Source of the DNA: Vicugna vicugna
Lineage: Eukaryota
Assembly (NCBI GenBank): GCA_013265495.1
Contig: MU058009.1
Location: 312,001 to 376,000, forward strand
Length of the DNA: 64,000 bases
Direction: 5' to 3'
The position numbers and the translations under genes were made by a program. Below are positions 50,127 to 62,800 of this stretch, piece by piece. The first letter of the stretch is position 1. Each line of letters begins with the position of its first letter. The notes beneath the pieces were generated by a model, which was not told the DNA's origin, did no database searches, and saw nothing but the letters and a program-made list of their open reading frames with translations.

Positions 50127-50128
50127 AA
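50061..50128 (+). repeat. Perfect (GAAA)17 microsatellite within an A-rich tract (50041-50136)
   Basis: Read directly. Confidence 0.97.
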
Positions 50129-50454
50129 ATAAATAAACCCAAATGAACCCTGCAGATAACTGGCTGTGTTATGGTAAATACTCGGTGTACTTGGCAGGGC
50201 CGTTTCTACGGGTTCTTTGTTTTCCCCACCAAATTCCTAAACATCTGTATGAAAAGAGGCCTACAAGGTCAAAGCCAGAGATCAAGGAGAGAAGAAAAAA
50301 GTAGCCAGGTGGCCTCAAGTGGTCTAAACACTGAGAGTCACTCTTGGGTCCTTGCTCTTAATCAGGCTGTGGTTTAGCAGAGGAGCAGGTACATAACACA
50401 GATACAGCACGGGGTCATGTGTGTTGTACAGGTGTCATGGATGGACAGCAGAGA

Positions 50455-51865
50455 AGGTGATTATCAAGACTCCCAATTCATATCTGTATCAGGGTTCTGC
50501 CTCTTGTCTTCTGAGCTCCATACTTGAGTTTCAAATGACTTGACAGACATTTCCACTGGCTTACCCTGCAGATATGTCAAACACTCAAGATTTTCAAAGC
50601 TAACTCCAACCTCCAAGTATCTCCATTTCCAGCTACCCAGTCACCCAAGCTGGAAACCCCAGGGTGATCTTGGAGATTTTTCTTTATGTCTCATCCAACC
50701 ACATCCTGATGACTGATCACTACAAAAATCCTGACCTGCCTCCTTCCATTGCCATAATCACTGCCCTCGCTATCTCTAACCTCGAGTATTGCAAGCATTA
50801 TAATCACTTCCCAATGCACTGGTCTTAAACTCCATCATGCTTATGAGTCACATGGGAAGCTTATTACAAACATAGATTCTCCAGCCCCTTGCCTAGAACG
50901 TCTGGTTTCTAGGTCTGGGAGAAGGGCCTCTGGTGGCTCCAAGGTGAGTGGTTTGTGGACCACACCATGTACAAGTGTTGGCTCTCTGCCTTCCATCTCT
51001 GCTCTACTCTAATTAGCCCTCACTGGCTCCAGAGTATATTATGAAAAAGACATGCTCATGTCCTACCTTGAGTAACTCTGAACTTCTTAATGTGGTACTA
51101 AAGGCCTTTCCTAAAATGATGGAATCCCTTCAGCTGTGTAACTAACCTGTTTTTCTTCTCTACCCAATGACCAGGTTGGCCTCAGTGATCTCTAAGGTAC
51201 TTTATAGCTCTGGTGCACTGGATTCTAAAATTTTAAATCTCCTAGCCCTTCCTTCAATAAAGTTGACTTAAACCACAGAGCTTGGTATGCGGTTTCATCT
51301 CAGGCAAGCAGATTTCACATCCCTACTCTGTCCTAACAAGCCATGACCCTCGCAAGTCATGTAATTATTTAACTCTTTGAATAGTTGTGATAAGGATTAA
51401 ATAAATCACAGAAGCAGAGCCCTTGGCCAAGTAGCCAGCGTGTGGTAAGGTGGTAAGACCTTAATACTGAAAGCTATATTATCTCATGCTTTCCCCACTA
51501 GGCACTCTACACCCTCATTATCCCAGATCATTTGCTATTCCTTGATTAAGTCATGCAATCTCATTGCCACTGTCTGGCTTGTCTTTCTCTAACTAGAAAC
51601 TCCTACTCACCCCTCAAAGGCCTATTCATATGTTACCTTTCTACAAAGCATTGTTCTTGGCAGTTGCCACTGTGCTCACAGGGATGGCTTTGTATATCCC
51701 TCTATTGTGGTACTAAGGACCCGATGTGATAGGAGGTGTATCTCCCTTGAGCATGTTGAGATTGGAAACTGTCTTATTTATTTTGGAATCTCCAAACCCA
51801 GCAAAGTGCCTGGCCCAGGGTGGGTGCTCAGTGCAAACGGAGAGAGTGAATGACTGAGTGAGGGA
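50455..51865 (+). mobile_element. Fragmented L2 with MER5-like (~50817-50980) and MIR insertions
   Basis: gactcccaattcatatctgtatc, gacatttccactgg, acccagtcacccaagctggaaacc, aactcctactcaccc, cccagcaaagtgcctggc...gtgaatgactga. Confidence 0.7.
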
Positions 51866-54129
51866 ATGACCACACGCAGAGTGGAGATGGGACCCCGATA
51901 CCTGCTGCAGAACTGTTCTTGCAGAGGGTGCTTTCAGTGCCTTTGCCCCGTAGAGACCACGGCCAGCCTGATGCCCCCACCACCGAAGGGCGTTACCCTT
52001 TTTCCTGTCCCTCTGGCCCTGGATGTGGCCTTCCCGGATGAGTTTCCTCTCATCTACTTCTCAGTCTCTGTCTGAACCAGCCTAGCACTGTGGCCCCTGT
52101 AAAGAGCGGCTCCATTAATAACCACCTCCTTCGTGATTGATTTATCTGCTCTGAATCTGGTGAGGTTGAGCTTTTAAGGTGAAAAGAGCCAGTCACTGCA
52201 AAGCTGAACTATTTTATGCCATTCCAGTCCGGCTGGCTCTGTGGCGGCCCAGAGCCCTCTCATCCTGAGGCCAGGTGCTCCGTTGGGAGTTTTGAGCCTC
52301 CTGGACATGCAGCCAATCTCACTGTCTGCTTCCTTTTACTCCCTTTCCCAGTCAGCTGCCCAGGCTTCCGTGGCAGAAGGCAGCGTGAGCCCCAGGAAGC
52401 TATGAAAGCAATAAAAGAACTAAATGTTTTCTAGGTCACCGCCTGATCAAGTCCCCACTTAAACAATAATCTTGCCACTGCATCTGCAAAACCCCGGACT
52501 CAGGCCCCCAAAGGTTATTTCATCAATAATTCTTGAGCTCGCCTACGGCTAGAATTATTCCCAGCAGGCATTGCAGGCCAGCTCTAAGTGGGCTCTGTGG
52601 AGGAGAGGCCTGGCTCCGCTCAGGTACTTAGGCTGGGACCATTAATATTGTTGAAGGTGGGGTGGGTAGGAAGGTGGGAGAGAGTGTCGTGGGGAGGAGG
52701 GAGGAGGAGGATCCTTCTGGAAGGGGGCTGGGCCAGGGAGGCTGAGGCCGGGAGAAGGCCCTTGGTTGAGTGCCTGCCCTCGGACAAGGGCAGCTGCTTT
52801 TCATATTAATAACTGTGGATTAAACCGGGGCAAGTGTGCCACCAAGGTGAGGATAAAAAATCTCACCAATAAACGCAACTCTGCATGGGATCTCGTTGGA
52901 GTCCGCAGCCCCCAACCTGCTCATCCCCAACTACTGTGCTGCCGAAACGGCGTCTTTGATTTACTCAGTGTATTTACCAAGCAGTTTGAGAGAGCACACA
53001 ACCACTCCTCCGTTCACGGACTCGTAGGAGGGAGAGCCACTTGGGTCATCCTATTTGACCGTCTAGCCTTCCTGGGCCTCCCTGGACCCCGAGTCTCTGA
53101 GCCCTTAACCTCCTCCCGCCCGAGTCTCCGGGCCGTGGTGAAGACTTCCCCCAGCCCTCCGCCCAGCTGCCTCTCGGCTCTGAGCTTTCCACGGGTGCAC
53201 TTTCCATCTCCCGCTCCCTGCTCAGGGCTGGTGCACCTTGTCCGCCTGGCTTTGGCGACGGTGATGAATTCCCTTACTTCATTTATGCTGTGTTTGTGGA
53301 GTGTTTATAGACTGTGCTTGTGTTTCCTGGGAGCTGGATCGTTTTTCAAGTGTATCCGTTTGGCTCCCTGGCCCTCTCCTGATGTGACTTCTCTGCTAAT
53401 CCCTAGAGCATTGGCTGGTACTTAGGTCTGGCTTGCATTTTCCACACCTTTGCTACACTGCACCGACTAGCCCTGCCCAAGTCGCCCCGCTCCTCCCTGC
53501 CCAGGGAGGAAGCTCACTCCCACCTTCCTGCCAGTCTTCCCTTGGGGACACCAGCGGCTGAGCACCAGGAAGGTCCTGGGAGGGGAGAGGAGGTTAACAG
53601 ATGGCTCATAATCATGCCACAAGAGCACTTCCAAAGGAAATAGGATCATTTTTTGAGTGACTTCTTTACCAAAGTGCTCTTTCAATTCTGCCCCCTCTAC
53701 CAAAAAGCACTTCTTAAAAAAAAAGTCAACAATGACTTCTCAGAGAAGGAAATAAAGGAGAACTCCCAGATGGTCTTTACGGAGGAAAGGAGACAAATTA
53801 AGGGGCGGGAGTGAGAGAGATGAAATTGACTCTTGTGATCATTTCCGTAACTCCACCCCAGTGCGTTCCGGCTGGCTGTGCAGCTGGGAAGAAGTCCAGA
53901 ACTATAGTCATCAACTCTCTGGGCCATAGAAAACCCTAGAGATCTTTGTCTGACCTCATTTTCTCCGCGAGGAAACCGAGGCGGGGCTGCGAAGCAGGTG
54001 CAACTGGGTTGTCACGCGTCATGAGCGGGAATGTCCGCTCCTCTGTTAACTGGCTATCAGGGGTCCTCGGTGAAACCTCCCAACTCTGCTGAACCTTGGT
54101 GTCCCCATCGGTAACACGAAGGTTGTGTC

Positions 54130-54330
54130 ATCTACCTTGGGGCTTACTGTGGATGTGGAAAACTGTGTAATCAACAGGTTCCTGGCACACAGTAGGCACC
54201 GAATGAGCCCTAATTGCTACTGAGACACAGAGCAGTGAGGTGACCTGCCCAAAGTCACCTCGGCAGTCCTGCAGCCAGAATGTGGGTCCTTTAACGGCCA
54301 GTTCAGGCTTCTGCCATAGTGCCGCCTCCT
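54130..54330. mobile_element. MIR fragments in both orientations
   Basis: cctggcacacagtaggcac (plus strand); actgagacacagagcagtgaggtgacctgcccaaagtcac (minus strand). Confidence 0.6.
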
Positions 54331-55344
54331 CAGTGTCTACCCCATTGAGCACACACCTGTTCCTTGGAGATGCCATGAAAACGTCCTCAATTATGACTCA
54401 CTGGCTGCAAAAATGCTCAGTGCTCAAGCATGCAGGGGCGCAAAGCCAACACTGAAGCTTCAAGTGAGGCTGGCCAGAGAGGAGGGCTCCTCTCCTGTCC
54501 TCTCTGGAAACGAGGGCCCAGACAGGAGGGGTTTGGCTGAGAAAGGCTTAGGGATGTGGTATGAACTTGCCAGAGCAAGTTCAGAGCAAGAACAGAACAG
54601 CAGGGTCTTACAGTGCTCCTGGCCTAGACCAGGGCCACCAGCCCCTGTGGGAACGGAAGAGGCTCCCTGGAACACTTTACTGGGAGGGAACCAACCTTCC
54701 CAGTATTGGTAGGCACTCTGCGGGGTGACTGGCAAATGCCATCTATTTTAACCTCTCTCCTCCCATATCAGGAAGTAGGTGGAATGTTTTGCATTTTATA
54801 GATAAGAAAGTGGACTCTCAGATGTACCACATGAATTGCACAAAGGATCCAATGGCAGTGCAAGGCTTTGAACCCAGCTCCTTGGTGACCGATGCTCATC
54901 TCTCCGTTTTCAGGGCAGTGCTAATAAAGCACGTAGTGACTACCATTCTAGAGATGACTGGCATTTACACGGCACCCACCTCTAAGAATCTAAAAACACT
55001 TATAGATTTTTATAAATCCAATTAAGCTTGTTATCTTAATATGATCCTGTCTAGTTTCACTGTATGGATGTGTACTCCTGTGATTTGGACAGAGAAATCA
55101 ATTTCGATCATTTAGATCAAATATATTTTATCTTATAGGTGTGCTGCAGAATTTACCAGAAAATTGATGAAACTTCCACTTCATGTTGACTGTGTAGGCA
55201 AACTGAATGCATTCTGCACAATGAGAAGACTCAGACTGGATGACCCTTCTACTCGGCTCTTTCAGTCCACTCCCCCCAAGTCTCAAGTGCCCCAGGAAGC
55301 AAGTCGTCGTATTCAGAAAGGTCTCCAAGGACGACCCGCTTCAG

Positions 55345-55582
55345 TAAACCATGTCCTTGTCTAACAATTCTTCACAGCCAGAAAGTTCTTACACATAATC
55401 AGAATGTCTATTGCTTTGAGTGAACTGCTTTCCTTCTGTTCTGTTTTTGCTCGCAATGGTGAACAGCTGGGAAGGTTTCAATATCTCTGTTATAAACTTG
55501 AAAGCTGTTTTAAAAACACTGTTCCAGTTTCTCTTCCTCTGGCTAAATAAACTCGATTCATTTAGTATTTGTCACAGAGAGA
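55345..55582 (-). mobile_element. L3/CR1 LINE fragment (ancient)
   Basis: tctaacaattcttcacagccagaaagttctt...gaacagctgg...acttgaaagctgtt...ttctcttcctctggctaaataa resembles reverse-strand CR1/L3 ORF2 3' region. Confidence 0.6.
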
Positions 55583-55959
55583 GATCATTTTCCACACATC
55601 TAGCCCTTTGATAAGAGAGCTACAATAATTTTAGAATGTGAGATCTTAGGGGCAAGAGCGACCATTGGCTAAAAAGCTGTGCAAAGTAATTGTTACAATA
55701 CCTGCTGCAAATGGATCCTTCCCTAATATTTTTGAGTGAAAAAGAAAAAAAAAACAAAGAGCGAGAACTAGTCTTAAATTCCAGTGTCTATCTGATTATG
55801 AGAAGACAGCCCGAGAAGGGTAACATGCAAAGGGCATAGAGTGATAGATGAAAGAACAGAAGAGACAAAAGTCTAGGCTCCCCATTTGTCTCTACCTGTC
55901 ACCAGGGCAGGCAGAGAATGACACGCAATCTGTCAGAATCCGAGCTGGAGAGCCAGAGA

Positions 55960-56062
55960 GAGCAGGTTGCAAATCCCAGCTCTGCCTAGGCGTGTGACCT
56001 TGACCAGGTGACTTCATCTCCTTGTGGCTCAGTTTCTTCTTTTGCAAAATCAGGACAGGAAC
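55960..56062 (+). mobile_element. MIR core
   Basis: aaatcccagctctgcc...gtgtgaccttgaccaggtgacttcatctcc...ctcagtttcttctttgcaaaat. Confidence 0.75.
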
Positions 56063-57509
56063 CATTGTAGCCCTCCTGTTTCTCTTCAGCCACGTAGCTG
56101 GCTATGGGTCTTGGCTTCTGAAACTATCTTTAGGAGCCTCCTCCCTCTTGGATTTTGTGGATTCCTTTCCCAAGAGTTGAAAAGATGGCTTTAAAAAAAA
56201 GTCAGGATTAGTTAGGCATTTATGACTTCAAGAGATCCTAGGTGCTAGTTGGCTGGTGAGTTAATTAGGTAGCTGCAGAATTTACATGATCATTCCTGTG
56301 CTAATAATAATGATTGCATAATAGCACTATCCTTACAACAGAATAAGCCCACTGGGTGCTGCACCTGAAAACAAACACAGAACCATAGGACACTGAGCCC
56401 TTTCAAGTTTGGGTACAATTTACGAGCATCTGTTGTATAAAGTATCATTGTTCTAATAATTACTGTTTTTTCCCCTTAAGGTTCACATGTCAGAGGAATG
56501 CAGATTTCACTTCTCCTGACAAAGAAATCTAAATCCATGGATTCTCCTAGCTGTATCCCTGAGAAAGAATTCTCTCAAAGCGAAGAGTGTAAGAAAGAGT
56601 GATGGGGTCTGCACGTTTCCTTGTGGATTTTAGGAGGAAATGGGGCTGAGCTGCGCAGTGTTGGAGGTGGTGAGGAGGTGTTGGTATGGATAAAACCTCT
56701 TTGTTCTCTAAAACATGTGTCCTTTGTTGATGGAAGTAGCAATGAACCGCAGTAAACCTAGCTTTCTGGGCTCTTTCAGAGTCTCTTGTGATAATACTAA
56801 GTTCTGTTTCAGCAGAAAAGTCTAGGAGTTTTCACGTGTCCAGTGGGTAAGAAGGCACTAACAGAGATGTAAGCCTTCCACAAATGGTCTGCCTTCCTCC
56901 AGTCAACGTTTAGGGATGTGAGGATAGAAGACCCAAAGAACAGCATGCGTTCAATAAACTTAGGCTATAAAAGAAAGAAGAAAAACAGGCAAGAAAAGTT
57001 CCCCAGGCCATAACATGTTGGCGAATGTTTGCCTGCCCATTCTCCACACCGGAGGAAGCCTTTCCAATCAAAGTGGCCTAGCATCAGAGCACCAAGCATT
57101 CCCCAGGGCCTCCGAGGGGCTCTGCATCTTTCTCTCCAACTCACAGCCAGCCAGGCTTTCCGGAACCAGACAGGAGCATCCGTAGTTACCCTGAGGGGCT
57201 GCTACCTTCCATCCTGAACCACGGGGTTAGAGGGCCCCCTTCCTGGATATCCGCACTTGCAAAAGAAAGTTGGCGGCCTCGATTATTTAGGAAAAACAAC
57301 CAGCAAAATGGCAGCTGAAGAAAAGAGGCAATTTTACTGCATGCTAATCTACAAAATTAAAGACAACCATGGAACATGAGTCTTCTCCCCAGCTCCCAGA
57401 TGGAATGTCTATCTTGATTCATTTACTCAATAATGACTCAATTTTCTCTTTTCTTGGACAGTGCAGACCTAGTGAAGGGCTACAAACTGGGAGCATAACC
57501 TGATAAAAC

Positions 57510-57650
57510 AAAGTGTTGAGAACCTGGGCACTGGATCTGAGCTCCTGCCTCTCATCCCGGTTCCCATATGAGGCTGGGTAAATCTCATCACCACCTGTCT
57601 CCTGCTCTATAAAATGGGAATCATCACATCTGTTCCTCCCATGAGGTTCC
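57510..57650 (+). mobile_element. MIR
   Basis: agtgttgagaacctgggcactgga...ctgggtaaatctc...ctataaaatgggaatcatca. Confidence 0.6.
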
Positions 57651-59889
57651 ATACATCTTCATTAATGCCTGGAAATGATTAGATAGAAGGGTCCACAGAT
57701 AACATTAGTCTTAACTATAACAGTCTTAATAAATATTTATGCTGCCCAGTAAAGGGGGAGTATGATGTTGGAAGGATTTCCTCGTGTTTCATTCAAGGCT
57801 GGGACCAAAACGAGGGGAAAAGCCTACCTTGTTGCTATTTATCTTTCTTAGTTAACAATGGAAGATATATGATGGCTTCCAAACAATTTGGTGGCAGAAC
57901 ATCACAAACGAAGTCTGTTTTCCCTGGAAACTGCAAAACCATTTGAATTAATTTAATTTGAAATATCAAATTAAATTAAACTGTAAAATAATCCCCAAGG
58001 GAGAGCATATTTCATTTGCAATGTCTTTTGACAGAATATTCCCTGCCAAAAGTTTTGCTTTGCATCTGGCTACAGATCTAAATTTATTGCATTAGCGTTG
58101 AGAAGACTTTTAATAGAAAGAGAGATTAAAAGAAAACTTGGTGGAAAATAAAGATGTTCAGTGTTGAAAACAGCATCTCTAGAACCTACCCCTCGAACTT
58201 CATGCTCTCTGTCTGTCTGTCTCTGGTCTTCAACTCAGACTAGGTCGCTGAGCTGGATGTTTGGTTGGAGGGCTTTAAAGCCATGGTAAGTCTGCACATT
58301 TAGTTGCATCAGGTGACTGTGCTCTGTTCTTCCTGAACTGTCTCTCCCTCCTCAATAATCTCTCCTCTAAGTGCAGTTCTCTATTAAGGCTTTGGGTCTA
58401 TATGTTGGAAGGAAAGGAGTTGATGGTGAACCCAACAGTTTCCTAAAATATAGGTCACCCCAAATCACCACTTAGGAAATGACTGGTCTCTTTTTCCAGG
58501 GTAAGACATTGAAGAAAATTGCCTTGAGCAGCTGCATGAAAGTTGATGCAGTGGGGATAATTTGTTTTTTCTTCCTAGTGAGCAAATACGCAGCAGGAGA
58601 GGCTGATGTGAAAGAAAGTGTTTGCTTGAAACAAACAAGCCTGGCCCTTTAAGGAAGGCTTGTGCTGAGGCTAAATTGGGCCCAAAGAATCCAGATAAGA
58701 GTATCTTAATCAAATTTTAAAAAAAGCATTAGGCTTTAATCTCAGCACTTTAGTAACCTCCTAGTTTGTTTTAAATCTTGATTGGAAGAATTATCCTGAC
58801 AAGAAAATTAGTAGTAAGTCAATAAGCCGGTGGCCCAAAGACAGGGCATTAAGTAACCAGAGGAAAAACATTTATTCCAGCCCAAGGCCTTTGCTGGCCC
58901 TCCTACAGCCACAAACACGGGCCTGCAGGCAATTCTATCTTGATCCTGTGCACTGCGGTGGGTGGGGAATTTCATTACGATTTTAGCCATGAAGCCCCAG
59001 AGTGCAGGTAATCATATTTAAAAAGATAAGGGACACAACAAGAATAGAGCCTGGCTTCATGAAGAAATTCTAATTTTCAGCAGTCATGGGCAGAAAATCG
59101 ATACTACTCTTCAATGCAAAATGAAAACTGGACTTGGTAAAGCCGCCTCCTCCCCTACTCTGTTTAAAGAAGAAACACACCAGAAAGTTGAGAGAGAGAG
59201 AGAGAGAGAACAGATAAAAAGAAGAAAAAGGCTTACAATGGAAAATGGTCAGCATACTGACCTAGGCTTCCCTGAGTGCCTATCCCCCCACCCCTTTCCC
59301 ATTCCTGTGGCTCCAGAGCTTTCCTTGGCAGCCAGCTAATTCCAGCTCTTCTTGTCAAAATGTGTCTCCCTAACAGCTTCAAGTAAGTCTTCTCCATGCC
59401 ACTTACTTGCACTTTTTTCCACTTCCTCCCCCCTACCTTGCATGTGTGTTTGCCATCTGCTATTTGGAGGGGAGATAAGAAAAAGAGAGAGACGCACAGA
59501 CAGACAGACAGACAGACAGGGAGAGAGAGTCTTGCACCAGCCTGGATGACCCAATGCCCAATTTTGGAGCCTCACTCAGAAATATTAAATCACACCTAGT
59601 TGTTATCTTGATGTAAAGAAGTCTTATTAATTGACTGGCAGTGGAATTGGGGCTCTCTACACTCTATCGTTAATTTAGGGTGACAGTTTTTTGACATCGA
59701 GAGATTTCTGTTTTAATCACTGATTATGTCTTTGGCCAATAAAGCTCATACTGTTAACATTAAAAGATATGTATTTATAACTCAATAGAGCTAGAGATAA
59801 TTAAGTAGAAAGGTTTATAATAACAATGATGAGAAGCATTCAAATTAAGATTCCCTGATATCCTCCAGCAGATGACTCCATCCTCCAAC

Positions 59890-62800
59890 ACTGCCATGTA
59901 AATTACATGCTGCCTGGTGCACCCTGGGATTCCCCCTGGCCCACGACCACCTTAGCTCTATGCGGTCTGCCAAAGCCACCCAGCACACACAGTCTACATA
60001 GGGGATGCACCTACACAAAGCCATGCCTTCAAGGCAGGGAAAGGGAGCTCTTTCAAAGAAATTAGAGAGACAGAGAAAGAGGCAGGAAACTTATTGGAAG
60101 AACTAATGGCTGAAAACCTCCTTAACCTGGGGCAGGAAACAGATATTCAGTTTCCCGAAGCACGGAGAGTCCTAAATAAGATGAACCTAAAGAGAACCAC
60201 ACTAAGACAAACCATAATTAAAATGGCAAAAGTTAAAGATAAAGAGAAAATTTAAAGACAGCAAGAGAAAAACAACTAGTTACATGTAAGGGGACTCCCA
60301 TAAGACTGTAGCTGGTTTATAAGGAGAAACTTTATAAGCCAGAAGAAAGTGGCATGATATATTTAAAATGCCAAAAGAAAAAGAAAAAAAACCACCAACA
60401 ACAAACTTACAACCAGGAGTGCTCTACCCAGCAAGATTATCATTCAGAATTGAAGGACAGATAACGAATTTCCCAGGCAAGCAAAAATAAAGGAGTTCAT
60501 CATCACGAAAGCAGCCTTACAAGAAATGTTAAAGGGTTTTCTTTAAGCAGAAAAGAAAAGGGCATAGTAGTAAGAAAATACATGAAAGAAAAAGATCTCA
60601 TTGGTAAAGGCAAATATATAGCAAAGGCAGTGGAGCAGCCACTGAAAAAGCTAGTATGAAGGTTGAAAGACAAAAGCAGTAAAAGCAACTATAACTACAG
60701 TAAGTAGTGAAGGGATACACAAAATAAAAAGGTGTAAAGTATGACATCAGAAACATAAAACAGAGAGCAGGTAGCAAAAATATAGTGCGTTTAGAATGCA
60801 TTCAAACTTAAGCAACCACCAGCTTAAAATAGGCTGATGTATATGAACCTCATTGTAACCATAAACCAAAAACCTACAATATATACACAAAAAATTAAGA
60901 AAAAGGAGCCCAAACATAACACTAAGGAAAATAATCAAATCACAAGAGAAGAAACCAAGACAAGAAGAAAGAAACAAAGAAGAACTATGAAAATAACCAG
61001 AAAGCAATTAACGAACTGGAAATAATACACATCTGTCAATAATTCCTTTAAACGTAAATGGGCTAGATGCTCCAATCATAAAACATAGGGTAGCTGAATG
61101 AATTAAAAAACAAGACCAATCTCTATGCTGCCTACAAGAGACTCCTTTCAGGTCTAAAGACACACATAGGCAGAAAGTGAAGGGAAGGAAAAAGATATTC
61201 CATACAAATGGAAACAAAAAGAAAGCTGGGGTAACAATACTAATGTCAGAAAAAATACACTTCAAAACAAAGACTGAAACCAAAGACAAAGAAGGGCATT
61301 ACATAATGATAAAAGGATCAATCCAAAAAGAGGATATAACATTTGTAAATATTTTCACACCGAATATAGGAGCATCTAAATATATAAAGCAAATGTTAAC
61401 AAACATAAAGGGAGAAACTAACAGTAATGAAATAATAGTAGGGGACTTTAATGCCCCACTTACATCAATGGATAGATCATCCAGACAGAAAAACAATAAG
61501 GAAACATTGGTCTTAAGTGACACATTACATCAGATGGATTTACTAGATATATAGAGAACATTTCATCCCAGAACTGCAGAACACATATTCTTTTCAAGGG
61601 CACAAGGAACGATCTCTAGGGTAGATCACATGTTTGACCATAAAACAAATCTCAATAAATTTAAGAAGACTGAAATAATATCAAGCATCTTTTCTGACCA
61701 CAATGGTAGGAAATTAGAAATAAATTACAAGAAGAAAACTGGAAAAAAACATATATACATGGAGACTAAACAGCTAATGGGTGAATGAAGAAATCAAAGA
61801 AAAAAATCAGAATATACCTTCAGACAAATGAAAATGGAAACACAACTTCCAAAATGTGTGGGATGCAGCAAAAGCAGTTCTAAGAGGGACGTTTATAGCA
61901 ATAAGACACTACCTCAAGAAGCAAGAAAAATCTCAAATAAACACTCTGACTTTGTACCTAAAGGTATTAGAAAAAGAGGAACAAACCCCTACTATCTACA
62001 AAGGTAGTAGAAAAAGAAAATAATAAAGAATAGGATGGAAAAAAATGAAATAGAGACTAAAAAAATATGAAAGGTTAATGAAATTAAGAACTGGTTCTTT
62101 GAAAAGATAAACAAAATTGATAAACCTTTAGCCAGATTCATTAAAAGAAAAAGAGAGATGACCTAAATAAATAAAATCAGAAATAAAAGGGGATAAGTTA
62201 CAACTGATGAACAGAGAATCAAAAAATTTCAACAAAATATTAGCAAGCCAAATTCAACAACACATTAAAAAGATAAAATTGGATTTATTTCAGGGATGTA
62301 GATGGTTTAATACCTGAAAAGTCAATCAGTGTGATAGACCACACTAACAGAACGAAGAACAAAAATCATATGGCCATCTCAAAAGACGCAGAAAAAGCTT
62401 TTGACAAAACCTAACGTTCATATATGATAAAACCCCTCAGTAAAGCGGGTATAGAGAAAACATAACTCAACATAATAAAGACCATAAATGACAGACTCGC
62501 AGAAACACCATACTCAATGGTGAAAAGCTGAAAGTATTTCCTCTAAGATCAGGAGCAAGACAAGGATGCCCACTCCTGCCACCTTTATTCAACTTGGTAT
62601 TAGCAGTCTTAGCCACAGCAATCAAGCAAGAAAAAAGAAACAAAAGGCATTGGAAGGGAAGAAGTAAAAGTGTTACTATATGCAGATGACATGATACTAC
62701 ACATAGAAAACCCTAAACACTCTACCAAGAAACTATTAGAACTGATAAATGTATTCAGCAATGTTGCATGGTACAAAATTTAAAATAGAGAAATCTTTTG

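Noticed and set aside
52766..53425. Longest ORF (219 aa) as a gene
   Set aside because: Non-ATG start, no recognisable homology, composition typical of chance ORFs in GC-rich DNA; similar reasoning applies to 33870-34463, 38313-38897 and 6844-7404
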